Shown one piece after another: positions 9,843 to 19,995 of a stretch of DNA of 64,000 nucleotides. The notes below the pieces were generated by a model. The model made no database searches, was not told the DNA's origin, and saw nothing but the letters and a program-made list of their open reading frames with translations. Position numbers and translations under genes: made by a program. The DNA lies in contig CAXXMH010000001.1 in the NCBI GenBank assembly GCA_963664665.2, positions 55,824 through 119,823 of the forward strand, in the 5' to 3' direction. The stretch comes from Pseudomonadales bacterium (GTDB taxonomy: Bacteria > Pseudomonadota > Gammaproteobacteria > Pseudomonadales > Azotimanducaceae). How positions within the stretch are numbered: the first letter of the stretch is position 1; each line of letters opens with the position of its first letter.

Positions 9843-11123
9843 TCATCGTGCTTCGATCGGCTCGTAGTCGCGACTGCAGCTACCGGTATAGATCTGGCGT
9901 GGTCGACCGATCCTGTACGTCTCGCTGACGAGCTCCTTCCATTGAGCGATCCAACCGGACGTACGGCCTGTTACAAAAATGACCGTAAACAACTCCAATG
10001 GAATCCCCATTGCTTTAAGGATGATTCCCGAATAGAAATCGACATTGGGGTAGAGCCTTCGCTGAACGAAATACTCGTCTTCAAGGGCGATTTTCTCGAG
10101 TGCGCGCGCCATTTGAAGGATTGGGTCACTCTCGATGCCGAGTTCGTTCAATACCTCATCGCAGGTCTGCTGCATAACCGTTGCGCGCGGATCGTAGTTC
10201 TTATAGACGCGGTGTCCAAAACCCATGATCCGGAATGGATCATCAGGATTCTTGGCTTTTGCGACGTACTCACCGATATTGTCGAGCGAGCCAATGTCGT
10301 TCAACATCGCCAATACCGCCTCATTTGCACCGCCATGGGCAGGTCCCCATAGCGCGGCGATTCCAGCCGCGATGCTAGCGTAAGGGTTCGTGTCGGTTGA
10401 ACCCGCTAGGCGGACGGTTGAAGTGGACGCGTTCTGTTCATGATCTGCATGTAGTAGGAATATGCGATCCATCGCTTTTGCGAGCACGGGATTCACCGGC
10501 GATGACTCATCCTCAGAGAACATCAGGTGCAGGAATTGCTCGGCATAGTCCAGATCAGGATTCGCTGGGAGCATCGGCTTACCAACGGAATGTCGGTACG
10601 CAATCGCGGCGCAGATGGGTGTCTGTGCGACGAGTCGAATGGCTACCTGATCACGGCAAGAAGCATCCGTGATATCCACTTCGTTGTGGTAGATAGCCGC
10701 CATTGCACCTAGTAAAGAACACATAACCCCCATAGGGTGTGCGTCGCGCGGCAAGCTTGAGCACAGTGCGACGAGTCGTTCGTCAACGACAGACTCTTTT
10801 CGAATCTTCGCTTTGTATTCCGCAAATTCCGCTTGGTTAGGTAACTTATCGAACAACAGTAGATAAGTTAATTCCAGGTAGTTGGACTGCTCAGCGAGTT
10901 GTTCGATGGGGTAACCACGATGGAGCAGAATCCCTTCGTCGCCGTCAATGTAGGTGATCGTAGACTCGCATGCAGCGGTCGACATGAATCCTGGGTCGTA
11001 TGTGACGTACCCTTCCCGAATCAGGACGCCGATATCAATGGCGTCGTATCCTTCCGAAGGCGAAAGTATCGGCAGATCGATTTCATTACCGTCCACCGAC
11101 AGTTTAGCCGTTCGTTCCGCCAT
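9843..11123 (-). CDS. gltA: Citrate synthase (type II)
   Basis: 426 aa. It contains the signature [14 protein letters not shown] and [13 protein letters not shown]. Confidence 0.95.
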   Translation of the reverse strand: MAERTAKLSVDGNEIDLPILSPSEGYDAIDIGVLIREGYVTYDPGFMSTAACESTITYIDGDEGILLHRGYPIEQLAEQSNYLELTYLLLFDKLPNQAEFAEYKAKIRKESVVDERLVALCSSLPRDAHPMGVMCSLLGAMAAIYHNEVDITDASCRDQVAIRLVAQTPICAAIAYRHSVGKPMLPANPDLDYAEQFLHLMFSEDESSPVNPVLAKAMDRIFLLHADHEQNASTSTVRLAGSTDTNPYASIAAGIAALWGPAHGGANEAVLAMLNDIGSLDNIGEYVAKAKNPDDPFRIMGFGHRVYKNYDPRATVMQQTCDEVLNELGIESDPILQMARALEKIALEDEYFVQRRLYPNVDFYSGIILKAMGIPLELFTVIFVTGRTSGWIAQWKELVSETYRIGRPRQIYTGSCSRDYEPIEAR

Positions 11124-11181
11124 CTACAGCAAACCTCTACCTTACGATTAACAAGCCAGACTTAGTACTTGCTCAGCGTTG

Positions 11182-11203
11182 CTCCTTGAGATTTCTCAAG
11201 GAG
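11182..11203. repeat. Perfect 10+10 inverted repeat CTCCTTGAGA-TT-TCTCAAGGAG in the gltA/hom divergent intergenic region
   Basis: Read directly from the sequence. It lies 59-80 bp upstream of the gltA start codon (11123, minus strand). Confidence 0.7.
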
Positions 11204-11423
11204 AGTTCAATCGTCCTGACTCGCCGTGAATGATAAACGCGAGCATGTGTGCCGGTTTTCGGGTGATTTGTATGAGTTTCGCCAATGTGGACGTTGGTTG
11301 AACCCCCCGAATGGCTTCGCAGTATAGAAAACGACCTATCTAAGTCGGCTCGAAGCTACAATTCTTTGCTCTTACGCGGCATGTTAGTCGCGGTGTGTTT
11401 TTGCTAGATAGCGTGCGTCGAAT

Positions 11424-12707
11424 TTGTCAACAAATGTAGGAATCGCCGGGTTAGGGGTCGTCGCTCAGGGGCTATTGGAGCTCGTAAGATCGAATGCGGA
11501 CCAGCTCAATGGCATCGCGGGAAAGAAGCTGCGTGTGAAGCGTCTCGCGAGCCGCCGACTTCGTGATGGCGTCGATTTAAGCGAGATTGCCTTCAGCACG
11601 AATCTGGATGACCTACTTAACGACGATGAACTCGATCTCGTCATCGAATTGATAGGTGGTACGGACGCAGCATACGAGCTGATGAAAGCTTCTCTCGAAC
11701 GCGGGCGAGGCGTCATCACTGCGAACAAAGCGGTACTCGCAACGCATGGCAATGAGTTACTGGACATCGCACGCGAACGTGATGTCCCTCTAGCTTTCGA
11801 AGCGGCAGTGGCTGGCGGGATTCCGATCATCGCTGCGCTCAAGACTCGATTTCCCGCCAATGACATCAATTGGTTGACAGGCATCATCAATGGGACCTGC
11901 AACTACATATTGACCGCGATGGCGCAGGATGGCGTCGCGTTCGACGACGCGCTTAAGAATGCGCAAGAACTAGGGTACGCTGAAGCGGATCCCACGTTTG
12001 ACGTAGGCGGTATGGATGCGGCTCAGAAACTCGCCATCCTGGTCGCGCTCGCCTTTGACGTACCGATAGAGATTGACAGCGTGTATTGCGAAGGTATCCA
12101 AGATATTACGATTGAGGATATTCAGCACGCAGATGAATTGGGTTATTCGATTAAGCACTTGGCGATCGGACGGCAAGAGGAAGATCTAGTGGAAATGCGA
12201 GTCCATCCTGCTTTGGTGCCTAAAGAGAACCTGCTTGCCAAAGTAAATGATGTCGAGAACGCGGTACAACTCGGTACTGCAAATACGGGAGTATTGCGTT
12301 TTACCGGACCCGGTGCTGGCGGTCATGCAACTGCTTCTTCCGTGATAGCCGATCTCACGAATATTGCTTCAGGCCTGTATCGTCATCCAGGCATCGGCGG
12401 AGGGACGCTTCGAGTACGATCAATTGGTGACGTCTCAAGTGCGTTTTTCCTGAACATCGCGGCCGCAGATCGACCTGGTGTCATTGCATCGATCGGAGAG
12501 ACGTTAGCCCGCCACGGTATTTCGATTGCATCGATGATTCAGAAGAAAGAGGAAGTCATTCGATCCGTCGACAATGAGGTTATTCCTGTCGTCATTCTGA
12601 CAAACACAGTTATTGAACGTGAGCTGGATCAAGCACTTGAGGAACTTGAGTCGCTGGCGGATATCGCTGCGCCAATCAAGAAGATCCGGGTAGTCGATTT
12701 GACGTAG
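11424..12707 (+). CDS. hom: Homoserine dehydrogenase
   Basis: 427 aa. It has an N-terminal NAD-binding motif (GIAGLGVVAQG), a catalytic region (NGTCNYIL, AEADPTFDVGG) and a C-terminal ACT-like domain. The start codon is TTG, so the start position is approximate. Confidence 0.9.
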   Translation: MSTNVGIAGLGVVAQGLLELVRSNADQLNGIAGKKLRVKRLASRRLRDGVDLSEIAFSTNLDDLLNDDELDLVIELIGGTDAAYELMKASLERGRGVITANKAVLATHGNELLDIARERDVPLAFEAAVAGGIPIIAALKTRFPANDINWLTGIINGTCNYILTAMAQDGVAFDDALKNAQELGYAEADPTFDVGGMDAAQKLAILVALAFDVPIEIDSVYCEGIQDITIEDIQHADELGYSIKHLAIGRQEEDLVEMRVHPALVPKENLLAKVNDVENAVQLGTANTGVLRFTGPGAGGHATASSVIADLTNIASGLYRHPGIGGGTLRVRSIGDVSSAFFLNIAAADRPGVIASIGETLARHGISIASMIQKKEEVIRSVDNEVIPVVILTNTVIERELDQALEELESLADIAAPIKKIRVVDLT

Positions 12708-12722
12708 TTCGGAGTTGTCGAG

Positions 12723-14456
12723 GTGACGTTGCTTCCTGTCAAGACCCGCTCTAGCGGTGTCGACCCTACGACGCTGCAAGAAAAGTTGCACGTGTCGGCG
12801 CCGATGGCGCGAATTTTGAGCTCTCGTGGGATTTCTGATGAATCCGAGATCGACTATCGAGTCAGCCAACTTGCACAGCCGGATGGCATACCTGATATCT
12901 CGCGTGCAGCGACTCGCGTCGTTGACGCGATTGATCGCAACGAACGTATTTTCATTTGTGGCGACTACGATGCTGACGGCGCGACGGCTAGTGCGCTCTT
13001 CATGCTCTTCTTTCGTGCTATTGGATACGATGCCGCGGAATTCCGCGTACCAAATCGATTCAGTTTCGGTTACGGCTTAACGACTCGATTCGTCGAGACC
13101 TTACTTCCGGATAAACCGGACCTGCTCATCACGGTCGACAACGGCGTGTCGTCAACCGAGGGGATTGAGCTAGCGAATGATTACGACATTGATGTGGTGG
13201 TAACGGACCATCATCTAGCTCCAGCAGAACAGGGCCAGCTGCCGCCCGCTCACAGCATTGTGAATCCAAACCTGCCAGATTCGGGCTTTGAGAGTGAACC
13301 TTGCGGCGTCGGTGTCGCGTTCTATCTACTTGCTCGCGTGCGGCGCGAGCTCATGGACCGAGGATATTTCGAAAAACGTGGGCTCGAAATACCTGATATG
13401 CGTCAGTGGTTGGATCTCGTAGCGGTGGGTACCGTGGTCGATATGGTCCCTTTGGACTTGAACAATCGACGCTTGGTGAGTGAAGGTCTGCGTCGAATGC
13501 GCAGCGGACAGATGCGACCAGGATTTACGGCTATTTGCGAAGTCAGTCGAACACCGATTGAAACTCTCACGACTCGTGAACTCGGATTTCGAATCGGTCC
13601 GCGTATTAACGCAGCGGGTCGACTCGACGACATTTCGGTTGGGATTCAACTGCTACTGAGCGAGAATCCTGACGAGGCGTACGAATTGGCGGGGGTGCTT
13701 CAAGGAATGAACGTGCAGCGTCGCGCTATTCAGACCGAGATGAACGAGACCGCAAACAGACTCGTGAACTTAGTGGATTCGGACGATTCGAAGAGTTTCT
13801 GCGTTTATCACCGTGATTTCCATGAAGGTGTGGTTGGCTTGGTCGCGAGCCGACTGGTGGAACGAACCGGAGCACCTGCGATCGTGTTCGCAGACTCTGA
13901 AGATCTGGCTAACCAAACGCTTAAAGGCTCAGCACGCAGCATCGATGGTGTCCATATTCGGGACGTACTCGCGTATGTTGACGCAAGGTTGCCGAAGCTG
14001 ATACTCCAATTCGGCGGGCACGCAGGCGCCGCAGGACTTACGATCTACAAACAGCAATTTGAGCGATTCTCTAACGTGTTCGACGACGCTGTGAAGGTAC
14101 TCGCGTCGGAAGATGCCTTCAACCCGACGATTTACACTGATGGTGAACTGAACGATGAAGAACTGAGCTTAGCGTTGGTGGACGAGATCGACAGATTGGA
14201 GCCGTGGGGACAAACTTTCACTCCGCCGACGTTTCACGGAACGTTTGACGTGGTATCGACGACGCGCGTAGGCCAGAACCGGGAACACCAAAAGTTCATT
14301 CTCCGCACTGGCTCTCAACACTTCGAAGCGATTGCGTTTTCCCATCCGGTGGTTGAAGCGGACCAAATCGAGATGGTATATCAATTGAACCGCAATGTTT
14401 TTCGTGGAGAAGTCACACTTCAGTTAATCGCCTCTAAAATTGAGGCGGTCGATTGA
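12723..14456 (+). CDS. recJ: Single-stranded-DNA-specific exonuclease RecJ
   Basis: 577 aa. It has DHH family motifs (ICGDYDADG, VVTDHH) and the DHHA1 motif GGHAGAAG. Confidence 0.93.
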   Translation: MTLLPVKTRSSGVDPTTLQEKLHVSAPMARILSSRGISDESEIDYRVSQLAQPDGIPDISRAATRVVDAIDRNERIFICGDYDADGATASALFMLFFRAIGYDAAEFRVPNRFSFGYGLTTRFVETLLPDKPDLLITVDNGVSSTEGIELANDYDIDVVVTDHHLAPAEQGQLPPAHSIVNPNLPDSGFESEPCGVGVAFYLLARVRRELMDRGYFEKRGLEIPDMRQWLDLVAVGTVVDMVPLDLNNRRLVSEGLRRMRSGQMRPGFTAICEVSRTPIETLTTRELGFRIGPRINAAGRLDDISVGIQLLLSENPDEAYELAGVLQGMNVQRRAIQTEMNETANRLVNLVDSDDSKSFCVYHRDFHEGVVGLVASRLVERTGAPAIVFADSEDLANQTLKGSARSIDGVHIRDVLAYVDARLPKLILQFGGHAGAAGLTIYKQQFERFSNVFDDAVKVLASEDAFNPTIYTDGELNDEELSLALVDEIDRLEPWGQTFTPPTFHGTFDVVSTTRVGQNREHQKFILRTGSQHFEAIAFSHPVVEADQIEMVYQLNRNVFRGEVTLQLIASKIEAVD

Positions 14457-14499
14457 TTGCAGCGTTGACGCGTGGGCAATCACGACTTTTTTGTTTTTT
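14454..14499 (+). terminator. Candidate intrinsic terminator after recJ
   Basis: A 7-bp stem TGATTGC (14454-14460) / GCAATCA (14476-14482) is followed, after 4 nt, by TTTTTTGTTTTTT (14487-14499). The 4-nt spacer makes it non-canonical. Confidence 0.45.
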
Positions 14500-14512
14500 A
14501 TCTCCTTGAGTC

Positions 14513-15611
14513 ATGGCCGAAATCACCTCGTTGCGCGAGCAACTAAAGTCGTTTGAGTCTCGTTTTGCACTATTAAAGGACTCTCTTTGACGTCGATAGC
14601 AAAAGCGAAAGACTTGAGGAAGTAGATCGGGAACTCTCTCTCCCGGAGACGTGGGAAAATCAAGAGAAAGTTAAGGAACTTTCTCAAGAGCGGTCACGCC
14701 TCGACCGAACGGTCGGCAATGTGCTTGAACTCCGTCAAGCGCTCGTGGATGCTTCTGATTACCTAGAGCTTGCTGTGGAGGAGTCTGACCAAGAAGCGTT
14801 GGACGAAATTGCTTCAGACTTCGACGCAACCGAAACGAAACTTGGTGAGCTAGAGTTTCAGCGAATGTTCGATGGCGAGACCGATTCGAGCAATGCGTTT
14901 GTTGACATTCAGTTCGGGGAAGGCGGCACGGAAGCCCAAGACTGGGCGAACATGCTGCTTCGGATGTATATCAAGTGGTGCGAAAAGAGACAGTTCAGCT
15001 ATCAGCTTCGCGAAGCAAGCTCTGGAGACATCGCTGGGATTCGTAGTGCGACGCTCTTCGTCGCCGGTGAATTTGCATATGGCTGGCTTCGTACGGAGAC
15101 AGGGATCCATCGACTAGTCCGACACTCGCCGTTTGATTCGGGAAATCGGCGACACACATCATTCGCATCTGTGTACGTATATGCTGAAATTGATGACACC
15201 ATTGAAATCGAGATCGATCCGTCGGATGTACGCACCGACACGTATCGTGCGAGTGGCGCGGGTGGACAACACGTGAATCGGACCGACTCGGCGGTGCGGC
15301 TCACACACTTACCTACGAAAACCGTCGTTCAATGTCAGTCTGAACGATCCCAGCATCAAAACCGCGATCAGGCATGGAAACAATTGCGAGCGCGACTATA
15401 CGACTTGGCGATTCAAGAACGCGATGCTGCGAGGCAGGAACTAGAGTCTGCCAAAGCGAATATTGGTTTTGGTAGTCAAATCCGCTCTTACGTGCTTGAT
15501 CAATCCCGCGTTAAGGATTTACGAACTAACATAGAAATCGCTGACCCAACGCGCGTGTTAAACGGCGATCTGGACGAATTCATGACCGCAAACCTAAAGG
15601 CTGACGTTTGA
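14513..15611 (+). CDS. prfB: Peptide chain release factor 2, expressed via programmed +1 frameshift (14513-14587 joined to 14589-15611)
   Basis: The ATG at 14513 opens a 25-codon frame ending CTT TGA C (14585-14591). Shifting +1 joins it to the long ORF, which is in the same frame as the listed 14721 ORF. The joined product is 365 aa with SPF (RHSPFDS) and GGQ (SGAGGQHVN) motifs. Confidence 0.93.
14585..14591 (+). other. RF2 autoregulatory +1 frameshift site CTT-TGA-C
   Basis: This is the canonical slippery CUU followed by UGA-C. A weak SD-like AAGGA lies 6 nt upstream (14575-14579). Confidence 0.9.
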
Positions 15612-17089
15612 GCGAAGAACGTAACGAATTTGAGGTTCGACGACAGAAACTAACGAATCTGCGCGATGGCGGTTTCGACTATCCGAATCAATACAAGCCG
15701 ACACATCACGCGGCAAGCCTTCGTGCTGAATACGACGACCTCAGCAAGGAGGATCTTGCGGAACGGGAGATTCGAGCCTCGATCGCAGGTCGAATCGTGC
15801 TACGTCGCGACATGGGCAAGGCGAGTTTCGCAACGCTCTATGACAACGGTGAACGCATTCAGATTTATGTTCGCTCCGATGGTATTGGCGAAGATGCTTA
15901 CGACGAATTCAAGCATCTAACGGATGTGGGGGATATTGTCGCTGTCGAAGGTTCTGTGATGAAGACGAATCGAGGCGAACTCACCGTTGAAGCACAGGAA
16001 CTGCATTTGCTCGTGAAATCACTACAGCCACTGCCGGAGAAGTACCACGGTATAGCCGATCAGGAATTCAAGTACCGACGACGCTACGTTGACTTGATCG
16101 TTGATCAGGATTCACGGCGTGTATTCCAAGTACGCAGCGAAGTATTAGCGTCGATTCGACGGTTCTTCCACGCTCGTGACTATTGGGAAGTTGAAACCCC
16201 GATGCTCCACCCAATGCCGGGTGGTGCTAGTGCAAAACCATTCGTGACGCACCACAATGCCCTATCACGCGACCTTTACCTCCGCATCGCACCCGAACTT
16301 TACCTCAAACGGCTTGTTGTCGGCGGGGTAGAACGAGTATTCGAGATTAATCGCAATTTTCGGAACGAGGGACTATCGACGCGTCACAGTCCGGAATTCA
16401 CCATGCTTGAGTTTTACGAAAGTTATGCGACCTTTGAGGACTTGATGATTCTCACTGACGAGTTAATGCGGCAGATCGTGAATGACACGACAGGTGCGAG
16501 CCAAGTGAAATTTGGCGACCTCGACCTCGATTTCGACCAGCCTGCGCGTCAAATCACAATGCTGAACGTCGTCGCGGATGAACTCGGCGAGGATCCGGAT
16601 TCGTTGCGCGATAGAAGTCATGCTAGAAAACTCGCAGACGGTTTAGAGGTTCATGTAGCCGAAAGCATGGACGCTGGCGCGATCTTGAATGAACTGTTCG
16701 AGTCACGCGTGGAGTCAAAACTCCAAAATCCAACGTTCGTGACTCAGTATCCAGCCTCTATTTCGCCGCTTGCAATGAGGAACAAGGAAGACCCGGATTT
16801 CACTGATCGATTCGAGTATTTCATTGCCGGTCGAGAGATTGCAAATGGCTTTTCGGAACTCAATGACCCGGATGATCAACGTTCACGTTTCGAGCATCAA
16901 GCATCGCTTCGGAGCTCAGGTGATGAAGAAGCAATGAGTGTCGACGAGGACTTCTTGACGGCACTTGAATATGGCATGCCGCCGACCGCCGGCGAGGGTA
17001 TTGGAATCGATCGACTAGTAATGCTCCTTACCGACAAGCACTCGATTCGAGACGTAATGCTGTTCCCACAGTTGCGAGATCGAGAATAG
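15608..17089 (+). CDS. lysS: Lysine--tRNA ligase (class II)
   Basis: 493 aa. It has an OB-fold N-terminal domain plus a class II core (FRNEG, GMPPTAGEGIGIDRL). It overlaps prfB by 4 nt, which is the conserved prfB-lysS arrangement. Confidence 0.95.
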   Translation: MSEERNEFEVRRQKLTNLRDGGFDYPNQYKPTHHAASLRAEYDDLSKEDLAEREIRASIAGRIVLRRDMGKASFATLYDNGERIQIYVRSDGIGEDAYDEFKHLTDVGDIVAVEGSVMKTNRGELTVEAQELHLLVKSLQPLPEKYHGIADQEFKYRRRYVDLIVDQDSRRVFQVRSEVLASIRRFFHARDYWEVETPMLHPMPGGASAKPFVTHHNALSRDLYLRIAPELYLKRLVVGGVERVFEINRNFRNEGLSTRHSPEFTMLEFYESYATFEDLMILTDELMRQIVNDTTGASQVKFGDLDLDFDQPARQITMLNVVADELGEDPDSLRDRSHARKLADGLEVHVAESMDAGAILNELFESRVESKLQNPTFVTQYPASISPLAMRNKEDPDFTDRFEYFIAGREIANGFSELNDPDDQRSRFEHQASLRSSGDEEAMSVDEDFLTALEYGMPPTAGEGIGIDRLVMLLTDKHSIRDVMLFPQLRDRE

Positions 17090-17094
17090 CGATC

Positions 17095-17808
17095 GTGAGC
17101 GCAGTGGACCGAGTCGTCTTGCATGACTCATGGAAAGAAGCGCTGCGAAGTGAATTTGAGTCCGACTACATGGCTCAGTTACGCGAATTCCTACTAGACG
17201 AACGAAGCGCTGGAAAACGCGTCTTCCCGCCTTCGAAACTGATTTTCAATGCGCTTGATAGTTGCCCGTTACCGAATGTCAAAGTCGTGATCATTGGGCA
17301 AGATCCGTACATATTTTCGGGTCAGGCGCACGGATTGTGCTTCAGCGTGCCGCCTGGCGTTAAGCAGCCGCCTTCGTTGATGAATATCTTCAAGGAAGTG
17401 ACCGATGACCTGCGAGAAAACACGAGTTCAGGCGAGACGTTCGCCCCGTCGAGCGGCAGCCTGCTCGGATGGACGGCGCAGGGTGTGTTGTTGCTCAACG
17501 CCACGCTCACGGTATTAGAGGGCGCGAGTGGATCACATCAGAATCAGGGATGGGAACGGTTTACCGACCGGGTTGTCGAGATCGTGAATGAGCAATGCGA
17601 GCATGTCGTGTTCTTGCTTTGGGGTGCGTACGCCAAGGCCAAAGGCGAACGAGTTTCACGTGATCAACACTGTGTTCTAACAGCTGCGCATCCGTCCCCT
17701 CTTGCCGCACATAACGGCTTTTTCGGGTGCCGTCATTTCACCCGTGCGAATAACTACCTGCGCGACCACGGCATTGAAGAGATCGATTGGCGTCGTACCG
17801 ACGCATAA
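17095..17808 (+). CDS. ung: Uracil-DNA glycosylase (family 1)
   Basis: 237 aa. It has the motifs GQDPY (water-activating loop) and HPSPL. Confidence 0.93.
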   Translation: MSAVDRVVLHDSWKEALRSEFESDYMAQLREFLLDERSAGKRVFPPSKLIFNALDSCPLPNVKVVIIGQDPYIFSGQAHGLCFSVPPGVKQPPSLMNIFKEVTDDLRENTSSGETFAPSSGSLLGWTAQGVLLLNATLTVLEGASGSHQNQGWERFTDRVVEIVNEQCEHVVFLLWGAYAKAKGERVSRDQHCVLTAAHPSPLAAHNGFFGCRHFTRANNYLRDHGIEEIDWRRTDA

Positions 17809-17930
17809 CCGACCTTAGAACTCGCAAAAGTCTGTGGCGATTTGCTCTACAATTCGTCACTAACCCAAGCTAACAATACGGCTTGACGAGGCTTCGGCGA
17901 GAGTCCGTAAACCTAACGCAGCCTTGATTC

Positions 17931-19154
17931 ATGGAAGAAGCAAACCAAGCCAAACGCCCGGATAGAGTCCTATCAGGAATGCGACCCACCGGCTACATGC
18001 ACTTGGGGAACTACCACGGTGCCCTAAAAAATTGGGTGGATTTACAGTCTCAATATGACTGTTACTTCTTTGTCGCCGACTGGCATGCGCTCACTACGGC
18101 CTACGACGAAACTCACACGATCGAGGAATACTCACGTGAAATGGTCGTTGACTGGCTTGGTGCGGGTCTGTCACCGGAACATTGCACCATCTTTGTGCAA
18201 AGCAGAGTTCCAGAGCATGCCGAACTGCATCTGTTCTTGTCCATGATCACGCCTCTGCCATGGGTAGAGCGTGTGCCAACATACAAGGACACGATTGATG
18301 CCTTGCAAGAGAAGGATCTGGCGACATATGGGTTCTTAGGCTATCCAGTACTTCAAGCAGCCGACATCCTCATTTACCGTGCCGAGAGGGTACCCGTTGG
18401 CATGGATCAATCTGCACATGTGGAAATGAGTCGCGAAATCGCGCGGCGATTCAACGAGATCTACGGTCGCGGCACTGATTTCGAGACAAGCGTCATGGCT
18501 CTCCTCGAGGATCACGGACAAGCGTTCAAAGATGATTTTCTCGCTTGCCATCGGGGTTTCCGAGAAGGCGGAAGTCAGGAGGCATTGCAAGAGGGATTGA
18601 CGCTGGTGGCGTCGAGTACCTCGCTAACGCGTCGCCAAGCAGAGGTGCTTGAAGGTTACCTGCGGGGTACGGGGAGGGTGATTCTGCCTGAACCACGCAC
18701 ACTTGCGACGGAGACTCCACTCGTCGTTGGGCTTGACGGTCGGAAAATGTCAAAGTCGTACGGAAATACGATTCAGCTTCGAGATGACCCGGAAGTCATC
18801 GAACAGAAAATCAGCCGGATGCAAACCGATCCTGCACGGGTTCGATTAAAGGATCCAGGTGATCCCGCAAAGTGTCCGGTATACACCTGGCACGAGATAT
18901 ACCTCGATGAAGCACAGCGCGAGTGGGCTGCGAACGGTTGTCGTACGGCTTCGATCGGTTGTCGAGAGTGTAAACAGCCGCTCATCGACGTCATAAACGA
19001 AGAGCAGACACTATTTCGTGAACGTGCGGCGCCATTTGCGAATTCGCCCGAAAAAGTACGACAGATCCTAGAGGACGGTTCGGAAAAAGCTCGTGTCATC
19101 GCGAAGGAAACCATGACCGAGGTGCGATCAGCAATAGGTATCGCGAATGCGTGA
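17931..19154 (+). CDS. trpS: Tryptophan--tRNA ligase (with an internal insertion of about 70 aa)
   Basis: 407 aa. It has the class I motifs GYMHLGNYHG (HIGH-like) and KMSKS. There is extra sequence between ARRFNEIYG and ILPEP relative to the 334-aa E. coli enzyme. Confidence 0.9.
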   Translation: MEEANQAKRPDRVLSGMRPTGYMHLGNYHGALKNWVDLQSQYDCYFFVADWHALTTAYDETHTIEEYSREMVVDWLGAGLSPEHCTIFVQSRVPEHAELHLFLSMITPLPWVERVPTYKDTIDALQEKDLATYGFLGYPVLQAADILIYRAERVPVGMDQSAHVEMSREIARRFNEIYGRGTDFETSVMALLEDHGQAFKDDFLACHRGFREGGSQEALQEGLTLVASSTSLTRRQAEVLEGYLRGTGRVILPEPRTLATETPLVVGLDGRKMSKSYGNTIQLRDDPEVIEQKISRMQTDPARVRLKDPGDPAKCPVYTWHEIYLDEAQREWAANGCRTASIGCRECKQPLIDVINEEQTLFRERAAPFANSPEKVRQILEDGSEKARVIAKETMTEVRSAIGIANA

Positions 19155-19995
19155 TGACTTGGTAGACGGCTCGACGAGTGATCTTTCGTTGGAACCGATC
19201 AACGGGGCTCCAATTCACGCCCGCATCGGCGATAAGGGTTTAGAGGAACTGCCGAAAGACCTGCACATTCCTCCGGATGCCATGATCGTAATGCTTGAGT
19301 CCTTTGAAGGTCCATTGGATCTCCTGCTCTATCTGATTCGGAAACACAACTTCGACATCCTTGAAGTCCGTTTGGCTGACGTCGCTGAGCAATACATGCA
19401 GTACATCGATCTCATGTCGACGCTTCGCTTGCAGATGGCCGGGGAATACTTGGTTATCGCGGCGACATTGATGGTGATCAAGTCTCGAGCATTACTGCCT
19501 CAGCTAGAGAGCGACGATGACGACGATGCAAACCCGGAAGCTGAACTTCGTCGTAGACTGCAGGAGTACGAGCGATTAAAGAGCGCGTCCGAGCGACTGG
19601 ACGCATTGCCTCGAGTCGATCGTGAAGTTCATGTGGTGCAGGCGACTCTGGCAGAACCTTACGCGCGTGAAGTACAACCAGATATCGAACTCCAGGAACT
19701 GATGCTCGCGTTCGCGGATGTCGTTCAGCGTTCGAAGCTGTATCAACGGCACAGCGTTACACGCACCACAATCTCCGTGCGCGAACGCATGACCGAGATC
19801 ATCGATAAATTACAGGAATCGCGAGACTCCGTCGCGTTTGAAGCACTGTTTGACGTACATGAAGGTAAGGTATCCCTGATCGCATCGTTGCTAGCTCTCC
19901 TCGAGCTCATGAGGGGTAGCTTGGTACGCGTGATGCAGGACCAACCTTTCGCGCCAATATTCGTGAACTTAGCTGAGCCGGCAGACGTTGTCTGA
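19147..19995 (+). CDS. scpA: Segregation and condensation protein A
   Basis: 282 aa. It has the ScpA signature FEGPLDLLLYLIRKHNFDILEV and is followed by scpB with an 8-nt overlap. Confidence 0.85.
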   Translation: MRDDLVDGSTSDLSLEPINGAPIHARIGDKGLEELPKDLHIPPDAMIVMLESFEGPLDLLLYLIRKHNFDILEVRLADVAEQYMQYIDLMSTLRLQMAGEYLVIAATLMVIKSRALLPQLESDDDDDANPEAELRRRLQEYERLKSASERLDALPRVDREVHVVQATLAEPYAREVQPDIELQELMLAFADVVQRSKLYQRHSVTRTTISVRERMTEIIDKLQESRDSVAFEALFDVHEGKVSLIASLLALLELMRGSLVRVMQDQPFAPIFVNLAEPADVV

